Below, one piece after another: positions 62,686 to 64,000 of a DNA stretch of 64,000 nt. The notes beneath the pieces were generated by a model. It was given only the letters and a program-made list of their open reading frames with translations. It did no database searches and was not told the DNA's origin. Within the stretch, counting starts at the first letter, position 1, and each line of letters opens with the position of its first letter. The stretch spans positions 1 through 64,000 of the forward strand of contig JAXMNT010000006.1 of the NCBI GenBank assembly GCA_034670305.1, given 5' to 3'. Origin of the DNA: Deltaproteobacteria bacterium (lineage in GTDB: Bacteria; Myxococcota_A; Polyangia; Polyangiales; Houyiibacteriaceae). The translations under genes and the position numbers were made by a program.

Positions 62686-63498
62686 TTAGTCTTCGCGGAG
62701 GGCGCGTTGGATTCGGCGGATGGCGGCAGGGGAGAGGCCGCGGGCGCGGGCGGCGGCGAGGATGGCGGGCGCGACTGCGTCGTAGACGTGGAGCGCGCGT
62801 TTGGGGAGGACCGCGCGGTGGCGGCGGACGGTGTCGGCGTCCCCGCGTGCGATGGGGCCGGTCAACGCGGCGGGCGTGCCCATCGTGCGGACGTTGCTGG
62901 CGACGCTCTCGAGCAACGCCGCGACGCCGTGTGCGGCGTCGCGGCGGCCGATGCCGAGACCGACCAGCAGATCCACGCCGACGTGCGCGAGGGAGGCGGT
63001 GCCGTTGGCGATGAGGGCTGCGGCTGCGTGGTAGGCGGGGCCGGGTACGGGGCCCGGATGCGCGGTGATCGGTCGGGCGCCGAGCGCGCGCGCCAACGCA
63101 TTGGCCATGGATCGCGCGTGGCGGTCGCCGGAGATCCCGATGCATGCACCGCGCATGTCGGGCGGGTGTCGGGGATCGGCGAACGAGAGCAGGGGGTGAA
63201 ACGCCCCGAAGGCGACGCCGCGCTTCTGGAACGTGCCGTACGCGTCCTTGCCGAGCGCGCCGGCGCAGTGAAGCAGGACCGCGGGGGTGCGGTCGGCGCA
63301 GACGCGTCGAGCGACGGATTCGATCGCCTGGTCGGGCACCGCGAGCACGGCGCAGTCGAGCCGGGCTGGGACTGGACCGTCTCGGCCGGCACGAACGTCC
63401 GCGTGGATTCCTGCCGCCTTCCACGCGGTGGCCAACGCGCGTCCAACCCGTCCTCGGCCGAACACCCGTACCCGGACCCCGCGACTACGGATCGTCAC
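62686..63498 (-). CDS. Rossmann-like + DUF2520 protein (PanG-like)
   Basis: GRGRVG, LAVPD, HCAGA, FHPLLSF, YHAAA...N, ALTGPIARGD..TVRRH. Confidence 0.9.
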   Translation of the reverse strand: MTIRSRGVRVRVFGRGRVGRALATAWKAAGIHADVRAGRDGPVPARLDCAVLAVPDQAIESVARRVCADRTPAVLLHCAGALGKDAYGTFQKRGVAFGAFHPLLSFADPRHPPDMRGACIGISGDRHARSMANALARALGARPITAHPGPVPGPAYHAAAALIANGTASLAHVGVDLLVGLGIGRRDAAHGVAALLESVASNVRTMGTPAALTGPIARGDADTVRRHRAVLPKRALHVYDAVAPAILAAARARGLSPAAIRRIQRALRED

Positions 63499-64000
63499 GG
63501 TAGAGCCCGTGTTCGTCGATGTAGGCTCGGACGTCGGGCGGCACGAGTCCGGAGGTCGGCTCACCCGTGGCGAGGCGCCGGCGGATCTCGGTGGAGCTCA
63601 GTTCGGGCATCGCGATGGTGACGTGCGGACCGGGCGGCGGCGGGAACCCTCCGCGTCCCACCACGAGCGGCGGCGCCCACTGCACGATGTCGTTCCAGCG
63701 GAACCAGCGCTCTGTCTCCTGCAGAATGTCGGCGCCGATGACGAGTCGCCACTTCGCCTTCGGATGGCGCGCGCGGAGCGCTGCGAGCGTGTGGTAGGTG
63801 CGCGACTCTCCTCCGAGCTCGCGCTCGATGTCGCTGACGTACACGTTGCGCAGGTCGGCCATTGCAATCTTCGCCATCGCCCGCCGGTCTTCGTAGCCGA
63901 CGCTCTTCTTCCCGAAGGCATGCGCAAAGGTCGGTACGACCAGCACCCGGTCGACGTCGCCCGTCAGCTGTGCCCAGCACGCGACGAGCACGTGGGCGAT
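63485..64000 (-). CDS. nadD: nicotinate-nucleotide adenylyltransferase (5'-truncated by window edge)
   Basis: VPTFAHAFGK, VSDIE, RTYHTL, LVIGAD...W..W, PELSSTEIR. Confidence 0.88.
   Translation of the reverse strand: MAHVLVACWAQLTGDVDRVLVVPTFAHAFGKKSVGYEDRRAMAKIAMADLRNVYVSDIERELGGESRTYHTLAALRARHPKAKWRLVIGADILQETERWFRWNDIVQWAPPLVVGRGGFPPPPGPHVTIAMPELSSTEIRRRLATGEPTSGLVPPDVRAYIDEHGLYRDDP

Overview
High-GC window, most consistent with a myxobacterial (Myxococcota, Polyangia/Sandaracinaceae-like) chromosome. This is inferred from the Cys-rich lipoproteins, the ECF/FecR module, the Ser/Thr kinase and myxobacteria-type hypothetical proteins. Most of it is core or semi-core: a CzcCBA-type metal efflux operon, mfd, rluD, surA/ppiC, a complete MoxR-DUF58-Bat operon, hemL, rpsT, holA, nhaA, a Clp ATPase, dusB, an MrfA/MrfB-like repair pair and nadD. 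It also carries one REP-associated (HUH/Y1) transposase. The most unusual signals are non-coding. (1) A dispersed family of hexamer arrays (TCGGCT/TCGGCG)n is joined with fixed polarity to a conserved G-quadruplex-like motif GGGCAAGGGCACGGGCA; nine loci carry one or both parts, one of them in-frame inside a gene. (2) A tandemly duplicated ~185-bp cassette holds a GAA-triloop hairpin, a second hexamer array and complementary remnants of a four-helix-bundle (Avd/IVP-like) gene. (3) Tandem SOS-like boxes lie over the mrfAB-like promoter. (4) A highly structured leader precedes an HPF-like gene and nhaA. All annotations come from motif recognition by eye. No database searches were run and start codons are estimates.
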